From the human T2T-CHM13v2.0 reference genome, Homo sapiens, in assembly GCF_009914755.1 (NCBI RefSeq), contig NC_060941.1: a stretch of DNA of 64,000 nucleotides; one strand, 5' to 3'. The notes under the pieces are model-generated. The model worked only from the letters and a program-made list of their open reading frames with translations. It had not been told where the DNA came from and did not search any database. Shown piece by piece: positions 29,668 through 43,928 of the stretch; the first letter of the stretch is position 1, and each line of letters starts with the position of its first letter. The position numbers and the translations under genes were made by a program.

Positions 29668-30344
29668 TAACACCACAGCTAGAGAGACAATTTTAATTCA
29701 GTCATATCATGCCACTCCCTGTCTCTGCTCCCTGCCATGGTTCAGGTAAACCCTGCTAGCTCACTTGGTATGAAGAACCTACAGAACCCGACATGGTGAA
29801 TACCCCATGACCTATCTGACCCCATTTCCCAGTGCTCTCTTCCTTGCTGTCTTCACATCAGCCACGTTGGCCACCTTCCTTTTCTTCACACAAACTGGGT
29901 GCACTTTGGCCTGGACCTGTTCCTCTAACTGGAACTTTCTTCTCCACATAACCACATGTCTCAGGTCCTCTTCTACAAACCTCACCTCAATGGCCATCCT
30001 TTATTTTTTTTATTTTTTTTAATGGCCATCCTTTAAATTCTGCAACCTAACTCTGCCTCTCTGTCTCTCAATCACCATCCTCCCTTACCTTGCTCTGCTT
30101 CCCCACCATAGCACCCGAACCCACCATGAAATATTTCTATTCATTATGTTATAGGTTGTCTGTGTCCCTCATCCCCTCCTTTCTTTACTAGATTGTAAGT
30201 ACGCTAGGGGCAAATATCTGTGTCTATTTAGTTACCTTTCAATCCCAAGTTCCTAAAACAATGTCAGGCCCATTATAGATCTTCAGTAATTAGCTATTGA
30301 ATGAACAATGTTGAGAGAGTGGGGAATCTTCTGATTAGAAAATG

Positions 30345-30865
30345 TTTTCATACCAGTCTTCTGTTACCACCTAGCAAATTACTGCAAAGTTACAGCTTGT
30401 AACAGCACACATTTATTATCTCACAATGGCATGGGTCAGGAGTCTGGGCCTGGCTTAGCTGAGCCTCTGCTCAGGATCTCGAAAGACTGTGATCAGGTGT
30501 TGGCTGGGGCTGTGGTCTCATCAGAGGCTCCAAATGAGAACTATCCCCTTCCAAGTTCCCTCAGGTGATTGGCAGAACTCATTTCAATGCCTATAGGACT
30601 CTCTGTCCCATTTTCTTGCTGTTCTGAGCTCCCAGAGACCACCCACAGCTGCTTGCCTCACCTGATTCTCTCCATAGACCCTCTCATGCATGGTGATATA
30701 CTTGTTCAAAGCCAGTAAGGTTGACTTTCTCAAGCACAAGACGTAATATAATATAATATGAAAGTGACACCCCATCATCTTTGCTATATTCTATAGTTAA
30801 GAAACAAGTCACAAGCCCCACCCACAAGGACTGACTGATTGCGGGGGCCACTCTAGGCTCCACAT
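30345..30865 (-). mobile_element. MLT1D/E-like LTR
   Basis: catttattatctcaca...gggtcaggagtctggg...ggtgttggctggggctgtggtctcatc. Confidence 0.7.
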
Positions 30866-31018
30866 TGCCACTTTTCTCCCTCTTCCCCCACACCTTCTTT
30901 TCTCCCAATACTGCCTCCACTGTCTGCCACAAAAAGGATTTTGGAAGGTGTTTCAGTTAGGAGTTAGGATGGGTTAGGTTATGCTACAGTAACAAGTAGC
31001 ATCCAAAATTATTTGCTC

Positions 31019-31322
<304 letters not shown>

Positions 31323-31876
31323 TATTTGTTCTTTTTTTAAACATACATCTGTAACAACCTGATATTGGTTCATTTTAAAATGTGCTTTTAATGTTTTTTG
31401 CTCAAGCCAGATGCCCACCACAGCTATGGTGAGGGTTCTGCTATATCTCCCAAGCTTCTGGGACCCAGACTGATAGAGTAGCCATCATCTTAAATGTTGG
31501 TGGTTTCTGCAGTGAAGAGAAAGGCCCAGAAAGTCTCACACTGGCAGTGACATGGTCCAGCTTACAGATGCCACCCATCATTTCCACTTAAAATGTCCCT
31601 CCACCCCCACAAGAGGCCATGATGTGCAACCTACTGTTAATAAAGACACAAGGGCTGAGACAAAGCAGCACTCATGACTCCCATAGGCAGCTTCTTCTCC
31701 GAGAAAGGCAAACATGGAGTTTGTCAATAAAAAAGTTCAAAGGAGAAAATTACCTGGAGGAGACTTAATGTCAAGCAGGTAAGAGTTCTGTGTAGCTGTA
31801 GAGAAAATCTGTAATGGTCTATCTCCAAGGTAAAATATTCAAAATTAGGGAGAATAGATTAAGTGATTAGTAATAA

Positions 31877-32271
<395 letters not shown>

Positions 32272-33737
32272 TTAATGTACCAAATCTGTTAAAACTTTTA
32301 GCTTCCAAAGATTTTGCCACCATTATTTCATTAATGAACTCTCATTGCTCATGAAGAAGGTAGTTTGTACCTAGAATGGAATATTACAAATGACTGTCCT
32401 TAAAATGTAGAATTGTCCCACTCAAAGTGAGCCAGGGTCATTAGAGGTCCTTCCATCTATGGTTGGGACATTTGAGGTCTTTGTCATATTGTAATGTCGT
32501 GGTTGGTTAAATGTCATCCTTGGTATCTTGGGGCTTAGCCCGTTGCATTATTGAGACCGAGAGCATTGGGCTATTTTTCCAAAGACTCGCTATCAGATGA
32601 AGACATACATCAGATACAAAAAATAAAGTTTCTTTCAACTCTGATATTCTTCACTGTTCTAATTATGCCCATCCTTGAGGAACTGTTTCAGACATCACCA
32701 TCAAGAGAAATTCCTGTTTACTCCTAGCCTTATGAATTGCCACTTTGGTTTGCCAGGGGCCAGCATCTGTCTTCTACTAAGTGGAAACAGTGCTCATTAC
32801 ATGAACACCTAATACCCATTTCATTCCAAGTGATTAGGCTCCTAACCCAATCGTTGTAATCCCATTTCATTTGTAAGGAACTGGTTTAGGACAGGCATGT
32901 TGCTCAATCCTGGCCAATGAGACATGAGGAGACTGTGCTACACAGCTTCTGGGAAAGATCTTATTTGTAAGATATGAGGCCCCTCCTCTTGCTCTGTGTG
33001 TGTGGTACTTGGATGGGATCCCAGTAACTATTTCAGGGAAGAACAAAGCTAGGAGATCTGTAGCAAAACAAAATCGGGACCTCTGGACTTATTTGTGATA
33101 ATACATTGCCCTATTGTATAAAACAACTTGAGAGGGCCTGCAGCCACTGGTAGCCAAAAGCATCCTAATTGACAACATAAAGAAGACTTGCAAGGTTCCT
33201 CACCTGCCTTCCCATGACACACATCATTTCCATAGGGATACCATTGGAAGCCCCAAGGAATGTGCTACTGAGTCTCTGATCCTGGTGCTGTTTTTATCAG
33301 CCGATATGAACAAAAGGAAAATAAGTGCAGATGGGCAGGCAACTTCCTCCAAGCACTGCCTGGTGGAATACATGGAGCCACTTGGCTGATCTTCACGGAG
33401 GAGATCGCGGGTGAGTGCCCACCATCTGTTGTATTAACTCTTGCCCATAATCTTGATTTATAAAAGGCCCTCTAGGATTTTCCCACCTAATTGCTTTGGA
33501 TCTAAAATGGTCACTTCAACGATTACAGTTCCTGATATATAGATGGATGGGGCTGGAAGTTTAGCTCAAGAGTTAAGGGAAGCAGAGAAAGATCTGAGGC
33601 CTCTTTCTCACTGTGACGGGCCAACAGGTATTTGCAAACTGCAAGGACATGAATATTCACAGCATATCTGAACAGAAATCTTTCATTATCTAATGACACG
33701 GATCACAGCATCCTTGGCAGCATTTTTGGTCATGGGA

Positions 33738-33947
33738 TAGGGTTTCTCATCTTCAGCACTATTGACATTTTGGGCCATAGAATTCTTTGCTGCGGGAGGC
33801 CGTCCTGTGCATCACAGGATTCTAGCAGCATCCCTAGCCTCTACCCCACAGATGCCAGTAGCATCAGCCAGTTATGAAAAACAAAGATGTTTTCGTGCAT
33901 TGCCAAATGTCCCCTGCCAACAACATTTCCCCCAGTGAGAACCACTG
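33738..33947. mobile_element. MER20 hAT-Charlie DNA transposon
   Basis: cactattgacattttgggcc...cagatgccagtagca...gagaaccactg. Confidence 0.85.
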
Positions 33948-34544
33948 TCTTAGAACTACACTCAAATATCTTCAGATTTTTTTTAAAAATAGGTAGTGAG
34001 CATCCTGTAATTTTCACCACCAAGCTATCCATTTATGTTTATTCTGCTAAGGGCGCCCCGTCTTCCCTCGGCTACTCCGTCCATGGGGTTTGGATGGGGC
34101 CGACTCTAACCACATACCCTAGGTGACATGTCACGTAGGCTTGATCAGTGGGAGGACAGCATCCTCTTGACCACAGTGATCTGTGCAAGGACTGATCATG
34201 GGTCCAGTTCGTGATCTGTAGAGTCATGTTGAGGACTTTGATATGAACTCTTGGACTTGCATGTGTGAGAATATAAGCTTGGAATTGCTGGCTGGCATCT
34301 TGTCACCCCCAAAGAGAGCCTCTCTGGAAAAGCAGCCAATAGAGATGAAAGTAGACCAAAGAGAAGGGGAGAGACCAGTTCTTGATGACATTATCAGAGC
34401 CTCTAAATCCAGCGATGTCTAATGCTGGGTTTCTCTCTTGGATTTTTCGTATTCATGAGCCCATCAATTTATTCTGGGCATAAGCCATTTTGTGTTAAAT
34501 TTCCTCTTATATGCAAAGGATCCTTATGGTAATATTTAATTAGA

Positions 34545-34865
34545 TTTTTTAAAATATTTTTAAGTTGATGCACAATAGACATACATAATTTCAGGATGCA
34601 TGTGACAATTTCGTACATTCGTATCAGTGTAAAGATCTAATCAGTGTACTTTGGATAGACATCACCTTAAATATTTGTCTTTTTTTAATGCTAGACACAT
34701 TCATGTTATTGTCTTCTAGCTATTTTAGAACGTAAAATAAATTATTAAATCTCATCCAGAAACATCCTTGCAGATATACCCAGAATAATATCTGGGTACC
34801 CTATGGCTCAGTCATATAGCCATCCTACTGATCTAACACTGGGTCTTACTTTTTCTACCAAGCCA
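34545..34865 (-). mobile_element. L1MA 3' end carrying an inverted MLT2-derived insert
   Basis: catcaccttaaatatttgtc...tcttctagctatttt. Confidence 0.7.
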
Positions 34866-35113
34866 TATAGTTAATGATCTGCTTGCAATCTATAAACTTG
34901 CTTTCCCTTTACAATATCCATAGCCTTTTCTGCACAAGAGTTATAGGTTACCTGGAAGATTACAATTTTCCTCTTTGCTGGTTTCTCTATGTTTAGGCAA
35001 TTCTCAAGAATGCTTTGGGGTTGAACAATGAGGCTGAGGACAGGTAGAGAAATTCACTTAGGAAGAAGTGGGACCCTCTTCCTCTGGGCTTAGATAGTAG
35101 GGTAAACAGGTGG

Positions 35114-36194
35114 TGCAATGGTTAATTTTATGTGTCAATCTGACTGAGCCATGGGGTACCTAGATATTATTCTGGGTATATCTGCCAGGATGTTTCTGGA
35201 TGAGATTAACATCTGAATCATAAAAGCAAATTGCCCTCCCTAATATGGGGTGGCCTCATCCAATCCATTGAAGGCCTGAATAGAACAAAAGGGTCAAGTA
35301 AGGAGAAACTTTGCCTGTCTAAGTGCTTGAACTGGATATCAGTCTTCTCCTGCCTTTGGACTGGAAATTAAACCATCGGCTCTCCTGCTTCTCAGGCTTT
35401 CAGACTCAGACTGGAACTACATCATCAGCTCTCCTGGGTCCTCATCTTGCTGAATGCAGATCTTGGAAGTTCTCAGCTGCTGTAACCACATAAGCCAATT
35501 TCTTATAACAAATCTCTCTCTCAAAGAGAATGCTTATACACTGTTGGGGATGTAAACTAGTACAATCTCTATGGAAAATGATACAGAGATTTCTCAAAGA
35601 GTTAAAAATAGAACTACCATTTAATCCAGCAATTCTATTGCTGGGTATCTACTCAAAGGAAAAGAAATCATTATAGCAAAACACACCTGCACTCATATGT
35701 TTACCACAGCACTCTTCACAATAGCAAAGTCATGGAATCAGCCTAAGGTCCATTAATGGACAATTGGATAAAGAAAATGTGGCACATATACCATAGAATA
35801 CTGCTCAGCCATAAAAAAGAATAAGACCATGTCTCTCACAGCAACATGGATACAACTGGAGTCCATCATCCTAAGTGAAATAACTCAGAAACAGAAAGTC
35901 AAATACCACATGTTCTCACAAATAAATAGGAGCTAAACAATGTGTGCCTATGGACACATGGAGTGTAATAATAGACATTGAAGATTTCAAAAGGTGGGAA
36001 GGGGGTGAGGGATGACAAATTACCTCTTGGGTACAATAAACACTATTCAGGTGAAGGTTACACTAAATGCTGAGACTTCATCACTGTGCAATATACCAAC
36101 GTAACAAAACTGCACTTATATGCACTTATACTCCCTAAATATATATAAATTAAAAATCTCTTTCTCTCCATATTTACGTGTGTTTGTATGTGTG

Positions 36195-36225
<31 letters not shown>

Positions 36226-36273
36226 TATATTATCCTGCTGGTTCTGTTTCTCTGAATAACTCAGACGAACACA
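35114..36273 (+). mobile_element. MLT2 (ERVL) LTR split by an L1PB/L1MA 3' end (about 35524-36153)
   Basis: atggttaattttatgtgtcaa...ggatgagattaacat...tatcctgctggttctgtttctctg; L1 flanked by aaatctct repeats. Confidence 0.85.
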
Positions 36274-37320
36274 GATGGGTTTTGGCAGAACAAGTGTGTA
36301 AGGAGGAAATCTATGCGTTACCTTGATTCAAGCTTTCTTGCTCCTACCTTTTTATACTTCTCCAACGTGGATGAGGCTGCCCTGTTAAATTAACCTTTGA
36401 CACTTCACTGAGAAAGGATCCCAGAGCTTTAGAAAGTTTCAGAGGAAGGAGTAGAACTGGGGGGCACAAGTCTCTAAAAAATTTTAATAAAGTCTTTATG
36501 TAATTCGGAATGACTTAGTAATTTCTTTGAACTACACTCAACTTTCTACAGATTTACTAAACTTTATATAGTGGACACCTTGTTATTTTCACCATCAAGC
36601 TATCCATTCATGTTCATTCTGCTAAGGGTACCCTGATTTCCATGGTGGGGGGACACCTTTGTATCTTTATTTCATACATAGTTGGGACCAGAACTGCCTG
36701 GACAGAAGTTGCCTAAACTGAAAAATAAAACAAGCATATTTATATGCAAATGTTATCGATTCCTCCCAAAGCACTGTTTTTATTTTTGGGCTATGGGCAG
36801 GTGGCATTAGAAAGATGGATGCTTGTTCATAAAACCTGGCATGGTTTCCTATGTTTAGAGTAGGAAGATAAACACACCCTGAGACTCTGGTAAGAAGTAA
36901 GGTCTTTGTCACCCAGAAAATGAACATATGCCAATACTGCAAAAAAATTTAGAGCATTTATGGCTCCCCTGACACTTATCCATGGATTTCCTAAAGAAAT
37001 CAGGCTGTCTCTAGTATGGTGGGTGGTTTCTTAACAGATCTTTGCCCTACTCCTTTCAGATGTCTTAGTTCCCTGACTAAGCCAGAGTGCTTCTGAAGAT
37101 CCAATGAGCATCTGGATTCATTCAGTCTGCATACTGCTGGAACAACCATGCATTTGAAAGCCATACAGACCCAGATTCGAATTCTGGTCTGCTACTCAGT
37201 TGTGTGATATGGGCATGCATTGCCATTCCTACAAACTCTGGCCTGTCTCCTCATCTGTAATAATCTGGTACAATAAGCTGGGAGGAGGTATTGGAGTAAG
37301 TAATCCATATTCTTTCCTCT

Positions 37321-38212
37321 TGTATAGGAAAAAAAACACAAAAGAAAACAAACTGTTTTTTCCTCTGCTACCCACACACAGAACTTCTGGACCCCAAATG
37401 TGTGGATGTTTTTCCCACACCAAGCAATTCTCTGCAGACAGCAACTGGGTGTCCTACAATTTAATTCAGTTCTGACACTATCTACCTGGACTTAGTGCAG
37501 ACCCCTCAGGTTAAGGGCTTGGTCCCATAAGAGTGTCCCCACATCAGACACCCAGTTGCATGTCAAGGCTGTCACCTGTACTTATGACCAATGGCTATAA
37601 ATCAGAAGCATTTTGCAAACCCTTCTTGGGTTAGATAATTGGCTAAAACAGCTCATAGAACTCAGGAAAATAGTTTACTTACCCGATTACTGATTTATTA
37701 TAAAAGGATACAACTTAGGAACAGCCAGATGGAAGAGATGCTTAGAGCAAGTTATGGGAGGGACATGGAGCTTCCTTGCCCTCTTTGGGCGTGACATCCT
37801 CCCAGCCACTCCTCCATGTGTTCAATCTGGAAGCTCTCTGAACCCTGTCTTTTTGGGTTTCTATGGTGGCTTTGTTATGTAAGCATGGTTGATCAAATCA
37901 TCGTCCATTGGTGATTAGAATCAATCTCCAACCCCTCTCCCCTCCCCAGAAAATTTCCCCTGAAAATTCCAATCTTCTAATCATATGTTGGTTCCCCCGG
38001 CAGCCAACCCCCTATTCTTTGGGACTTTTCAAAAGTTAACCTCATCAACATAAACTCAAGTGTGTTTGAAAGGGCCCTGTATGAGCAATAAAGGATGCTC
38101 TTTTCACCTTTAGGGCTCTTGTCACTTAAGAAATTATGAGGGTTTTAGGAGTTCTGTCCTAGGAACTGGGATGAAGACCAAATATATATTTATTATAAAT
38201 CACCATGTCACA
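37321..38212 (-). mobile_element. MER21-like ERVL solo LTR
   Basis: ctgggtgtcctacaatttaattcagttctgacactatctacctgg; 5-bp TSD CCTCT (37316-37320, 38213-38217). Confidence 0.88.
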
Positions 38213-39107
38213 CCTCTATGGTGTGTTGCCTCTCTGAACTTTTAGTTTGACTAACGGTTCTACTGAATTGCCCAATTGTTTTGGCCTCATGTAGACACAG
38301 CCAGAGGCTATGAAGTAGAACAAGATTTTTTTTTTTTTTTAAATCATAATGCCTTAAAGTGTAGGGTGTAGGTGTGTGTATATGTTTGCATGTCAAAGTG
38401 TCTGGCTGAGTTTCCTTGTTTGCTTTACCCACTCATTCCAGGCAACTGGTGCTTTCTATTTCTGTTTAGGTGCTAAGCTCATGATCTCCCAACTACTCCT
38501 ACCTTCATACAACAAGGCTTCCTAAAGAAGACCTAAATCTACTCATGCTGTTTCCTCTTAAAATCTCTATAGCAGCATTTAGTACATAGTATTTCTATTC
38601 TTGTGTTTCAAGGGTAAGCGTTTGCATTTCACAGGCATCAAACAGTGCCTGCTGCAGAACGTGTTCATTAAATCATACCCTCCATCTATCCAGCCTTCAT
38701 TTCCTCCATGTGTACCCCTAGATTCTCTAGGAGCCATGGTTTAGGATGCCTGACCAGCCCTTCCTTCCTCCTCATATGCATTAGTTTCCTGGGGCTGCTG
38801 TAACAAGTCACCACAAACTGAGGGGCTTAAAACAACAGAAATGTGCTCTCTCACAGTTATGAAGGACAGATGTCAATAATCTGTGTCACTAGGCAAAAAT
38901 CAAGGTGTCCATAGGTGTGAGTTTCCTCCAGAGGCTCTAGGGGAGAATACTTCCTTGCTGATTTCAGCTTCTGGTGGCCCCTGGCATTCCTTGGCTTCCA
39001 ATGCTATCACACCAATCTCTGCCTCCTTTATCACTTTGCCTTGTCATGTGTGTGTGTGCGCACACATCAATTCTCCCTCTACCTTTCTCATATAAGGACA
39101 TATATCC

Positions 39108-39422
<315 letters not shown>

Positions 39423-39479
39423 CTATCCTCACTTAGAACCTGGAGATAACCCAGAATAACCTACCTATGGCAAGATCCT

Positions 39480-39926
39480 TGATATGGCCTGGATGTTTGT
39501 CCCAACCAAATCTAACATTGAAATGTTATCCCCAATGTTGGAGATGGGGCCTACTGGGAGGTACTTGGGTCATGAGTGTGGATCCCTTATGAATGACTTG
39601 GTGCCCTCCCTGAAGTAATAAGCTAAGGCAAGAGCTGGTTGTTGAAAAGAACATAGCATCTCACTTGCTCCTTCTCTCATCGTGTGACATGCCTGCTTCC
39701 CCTTTGCCTCCTGCCATGATTGGAAGCTTCCTGAGGCCCTAACCAGAAGCAGATGCTGGCACAATACTTACTGTAGCTTACTGTACAGTCTGCAGAACCA
39801 TGAGCCAAATAAACCTCTTTTTAAAAATTTCCCAGTCTCAGGTATTCCTTTATATATTTAACTAATCTTTAGATCTGGTTCTTTCCTCTTCCCAGTTCTG
39901 GAGGAGGACACAAACAGACTAATACA
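39480..39926 (+). mobile_element. MSTB-like MaLR solo LTR
   Basis: tgatatgg...gatttggaagcttcctgaggcc-like core...gactaataca; TSD (a/g)tcct. Confidence 0.85.
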
Positions 39927-41235
39927 GTCCTTCACTTAATCTCATCTTTTGCCACATAATATAATATCACAGTTTCTGATGGTTAGAGCCTGATATCTTT
40001 GTGGGACATTTTTCAACCTACTGCACTATAGACAGCCCAAGGGAAGGAGCATGTGTTTGTTCCAGGCAAACTTATCTACCTGACCACAGCTGAACGCTTC
40101 AATAATGGGCTCCTGACTCAGAAGAACCAGTCCACAGGCTGGATAGAACCAGTCAGATAGTGTATGGGGGCCGGTTTCAAATTGCTAAGAGAGCCCATTA
40201 GCAGTTAGGAGCCACACAGCAACATGATATCTATAAGGTCAGTGTAGGTGGCGTGGCAAGCCATATCCACATGGGTACAAGATAAAGGTGAGGGACACCC
40301 CAGGAGCCCACAGGGGCTGGTCTGCAGAAGACAGGAGAAAATAACAGAGAAGTTCTCATAGGGGATGCCCTTCAGACCCCTTAGAGAGGGAAGGCTCCTT
40401 CTCAGTTATGATATTTATGGTTCCAATTTCCCCAGTGATCAGCCCACTTTATCCTGGATATCCATTAAGTTAACTTTTGCATCCTTAAAAAAAAATCGTA
40501 TTATATTTAAAGTAGCTTAAGTTAGTTGCTATTCTTTGCACCCTAAGATCCCAACCCAAACACTCCTCTCCCTCTTTTGCATGGCCTCAGTGGAGCCCTG
40601 TATTCCACTGAGGGTAGATTCTCTTTTACCTTAAACTTCCTTCTATTTCTTCTAGTCTCTCATCCTAACTAAAGCACCCCTAATGGCAGCTACCTTGCAC
40701 AATGGCGCTTAGAGTGTCTCCCTGCACTCTCACAGGGGTTGGCAGAAGACACAGACACCCTTCTCCACATCTACATCCCATCTACACCCATCCCTCTCAC
40801 CAGTTTCTCATTAATATCACCTAAAATTCAAGCCATTTGTCTGTTCACTTCTTGCCAAATAATCACTGCTTTCATTCCCTTCCTACCAGAACTCATCTCC
40901 ATCTCTTAGATAAGTTCAACCCTATATTTATCCTTCTTGTTCTCTTTATATCCCCTGCCATAATCCTCATTGACAACAACATCCATTTTTAATGAGCCAG
41001 TGACTCCCTTTGATCTCATAGCTTTCAGCCTCCCAGCCTTATTTGATTTCCAGCTCCACTTCCCATCTGCCACCCACAGGCAGGGCTGCATCTTTAGATC
41101 TGGTTCTTCCCTCCCCCTAGTTCTGGAGGAGGAGTTACATTGGACACAAATGTTGCTCACCTGAAATTTCTTCTACTTCCCTTTTCTTTTTTCTTTTTCA
41201 TCTGTAGACAGCCCCAGCTGCGCCCAATCATCCTT

Positions 41236-41705
41236 TGTTTTAGTTTTCTGAGGATGCTGTAACAAATTACCACAAACTGGTGGCTTAAAACAACAGAATT
41301 TATTCTCTTGCAGTTCTGGACACCAGACGTTTGAAATCAAGGTATAGGCAGTCATGTTCCTCCTGGAGGCTCCAGACGAGGATCCATTCCTTGCCACCTC
41401 CCGCTTCTGGCGACTCCAGGCATTCCTTGGTTTTGGATGACATCACTCTAATCTCTGCCTCTGCCTTTACGTGGAGTTCTCCTCTGTGACTCCCTTGGAT
41501 CTCATAGTTTTCAGCTAAGAGAAAACCCTCCTTTTCTCTTGTAAGGACACTTGTCATGAGATTGAGGGTCTACCCTAATCCAGGATGATCTCATCTCAAG
41601 ATCCTTCACTTGTGTACATCTGTAAAGACTTCTTTTCCAAATAAGGTCCTAGTCACAGATCCCTGGTAGTCATACCTTTTGAGGGGCCTTCCATTTGAAC
41701 CACTG
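41236..41705 (-). mobile_element. MLT1B/C LTR
   Basis: gctgtaacaaattaccacaaactggtggcttaaaacaacagaatttatt...ccaggatgatctcatctcaagatcc. Confidence 0.85.
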
Positions 41706-43497
41706 CACCTCTCTACTTTTCAAACACAAAAGACACACACATACACACAGCGTATGGGATTTGGCTTCCCGAGCAGCCAACAAGGATTTGATGCAATCTG
41801 GAAGTGTGACAAAGAAACCAGACTGATGAACACTGACCATTGAGAGGCAAGAGAAGTAGGAGACTTGGTAGATAAATGCCTCCACCCTCTCCTGTGAACC
41901 TCTTTCCACACTTCTGGGAAAGGCATGTGTGCTGAGAGAACAAGACTGCTAGGCCAGGCTACCTTCCAAGCTCTTCATGAAGTGAATGCCCACAAGGTAA
42001 CGACCTCATTCCCTCCCTTCACTGCTCATCGACTCCTTGTTCTTCTCAAACTTTTGAGCCTTATTTCTTGTCTCAAGCTTTGTTTTCTAGAGGAATCTGG
42101 GCTCTGGCTCATGCCCTGTGTTTCCATTGAACAGGAAGTGTTGCAGGTCATTTCCCCAGCATAAGTTGCTTGGTTTTTGTACCACTTGACTTGTGCAGAC
42201 CACAGATGATTGCAGGAGAGACCAGTAGGCTGCCTAGTGCCCCGCAGGGGTCTTGGAACTGCAGCCCTGCCCGGCAGGGGCTTGCCAAACCAGAGAGAGA
42301 ATAACTAGAACAACTGGAATTGCTGTCAGAAGCTGTGTAGATGGAGCATACCCCATGGGGAGAGGGACAGCAGAAGAAGGAGAAGCTGAAAGACAGGGAA
42401 AGGAGGCAGGTGCAGAAACAGAGAACAACTGGCCTACGGTAAGGGGATAGACCAGAGGTGTTCCCTGCTGGAGGGTAGAAGAGAAGCAGGGTGATCAGTC
42501 TCTGTAAGATCTGATTGAGCAGCTGTGATAAGGTCTCTAGAGGGATTAGGGTGGCTGTGGAGAGTGTGCTCTGTGCCTCCTCTGCCCTAGGCGTCCTTAC
42601 AATGAACTCCTATCACCAGAGGTAAGAGGTCACCCTGACTCCTTGCAGCCTAAAAATACTTACTGAACACAAGTAGAGAGTGTTGGTCCCTAACTTCCCT
42701 GGAGCCCCCACTAAACATGTTCTTGGCATCACCAGACATTGAATCATTGCACCATTGTCCCCTCCCACAAATAGGCCACTGTCATTTTACCCAGTTGACC
42801 ACTGAGTATGACGATTATGTCATGAATGTAATCATCCTAGGCTTTCATGTCTCAGTCTTTTTCTCTGTCATGCCTCACAGATTTATAAATATCTTCTTCC
42901 CTCTACTTTTTTCATTGTAGTAAAATATACATAAAATGTACTATTTTAACTATTTTTAAGTGTACTACTCAGTGGCATTGAGTGCGCTCAAAATGTTGTA
43001 TAATCATTGCCACCATTTATTTCCAAAGCTTTTTAATCATCCCAACCAGAAAATCTGTATCCATTAAATAATAACTCCCCATTCCTTCCTACCCAATCCC
43101 TGGTAACCTCTATTCTATTTTCTGTCTCTATGAATTTGCCTATTTTAAGTACCTCATATAAAAGGAATCATACAATCTTTGTCCTTTTGGGTCTGGCTTA
43201 TTGTACTTAGCATGATGCCTTCAAGGTTCATCCATGTTATAGCAAGCAAAAGGGCTCATATATATTTGCATTCATATGCATATATACACACGCATATTTT
43301 AATATATATATGATTGTATGTTTAGATTACATTTTGTTTATTCATCTGTTGATAGACATTTGAGTTGTTTCCACCTTTTATTGTGAATAATGTTGCTGTA
43401 AACATTAATCTACAAGTATTTGTTTGAGTCCCTGCTTTCACTTTGAGGTACATAAGTAGGTGTAGAATTACTAAATTATATGGTAATTCTATGTTTA

Positions 43498-43928
<431 letters not shown>

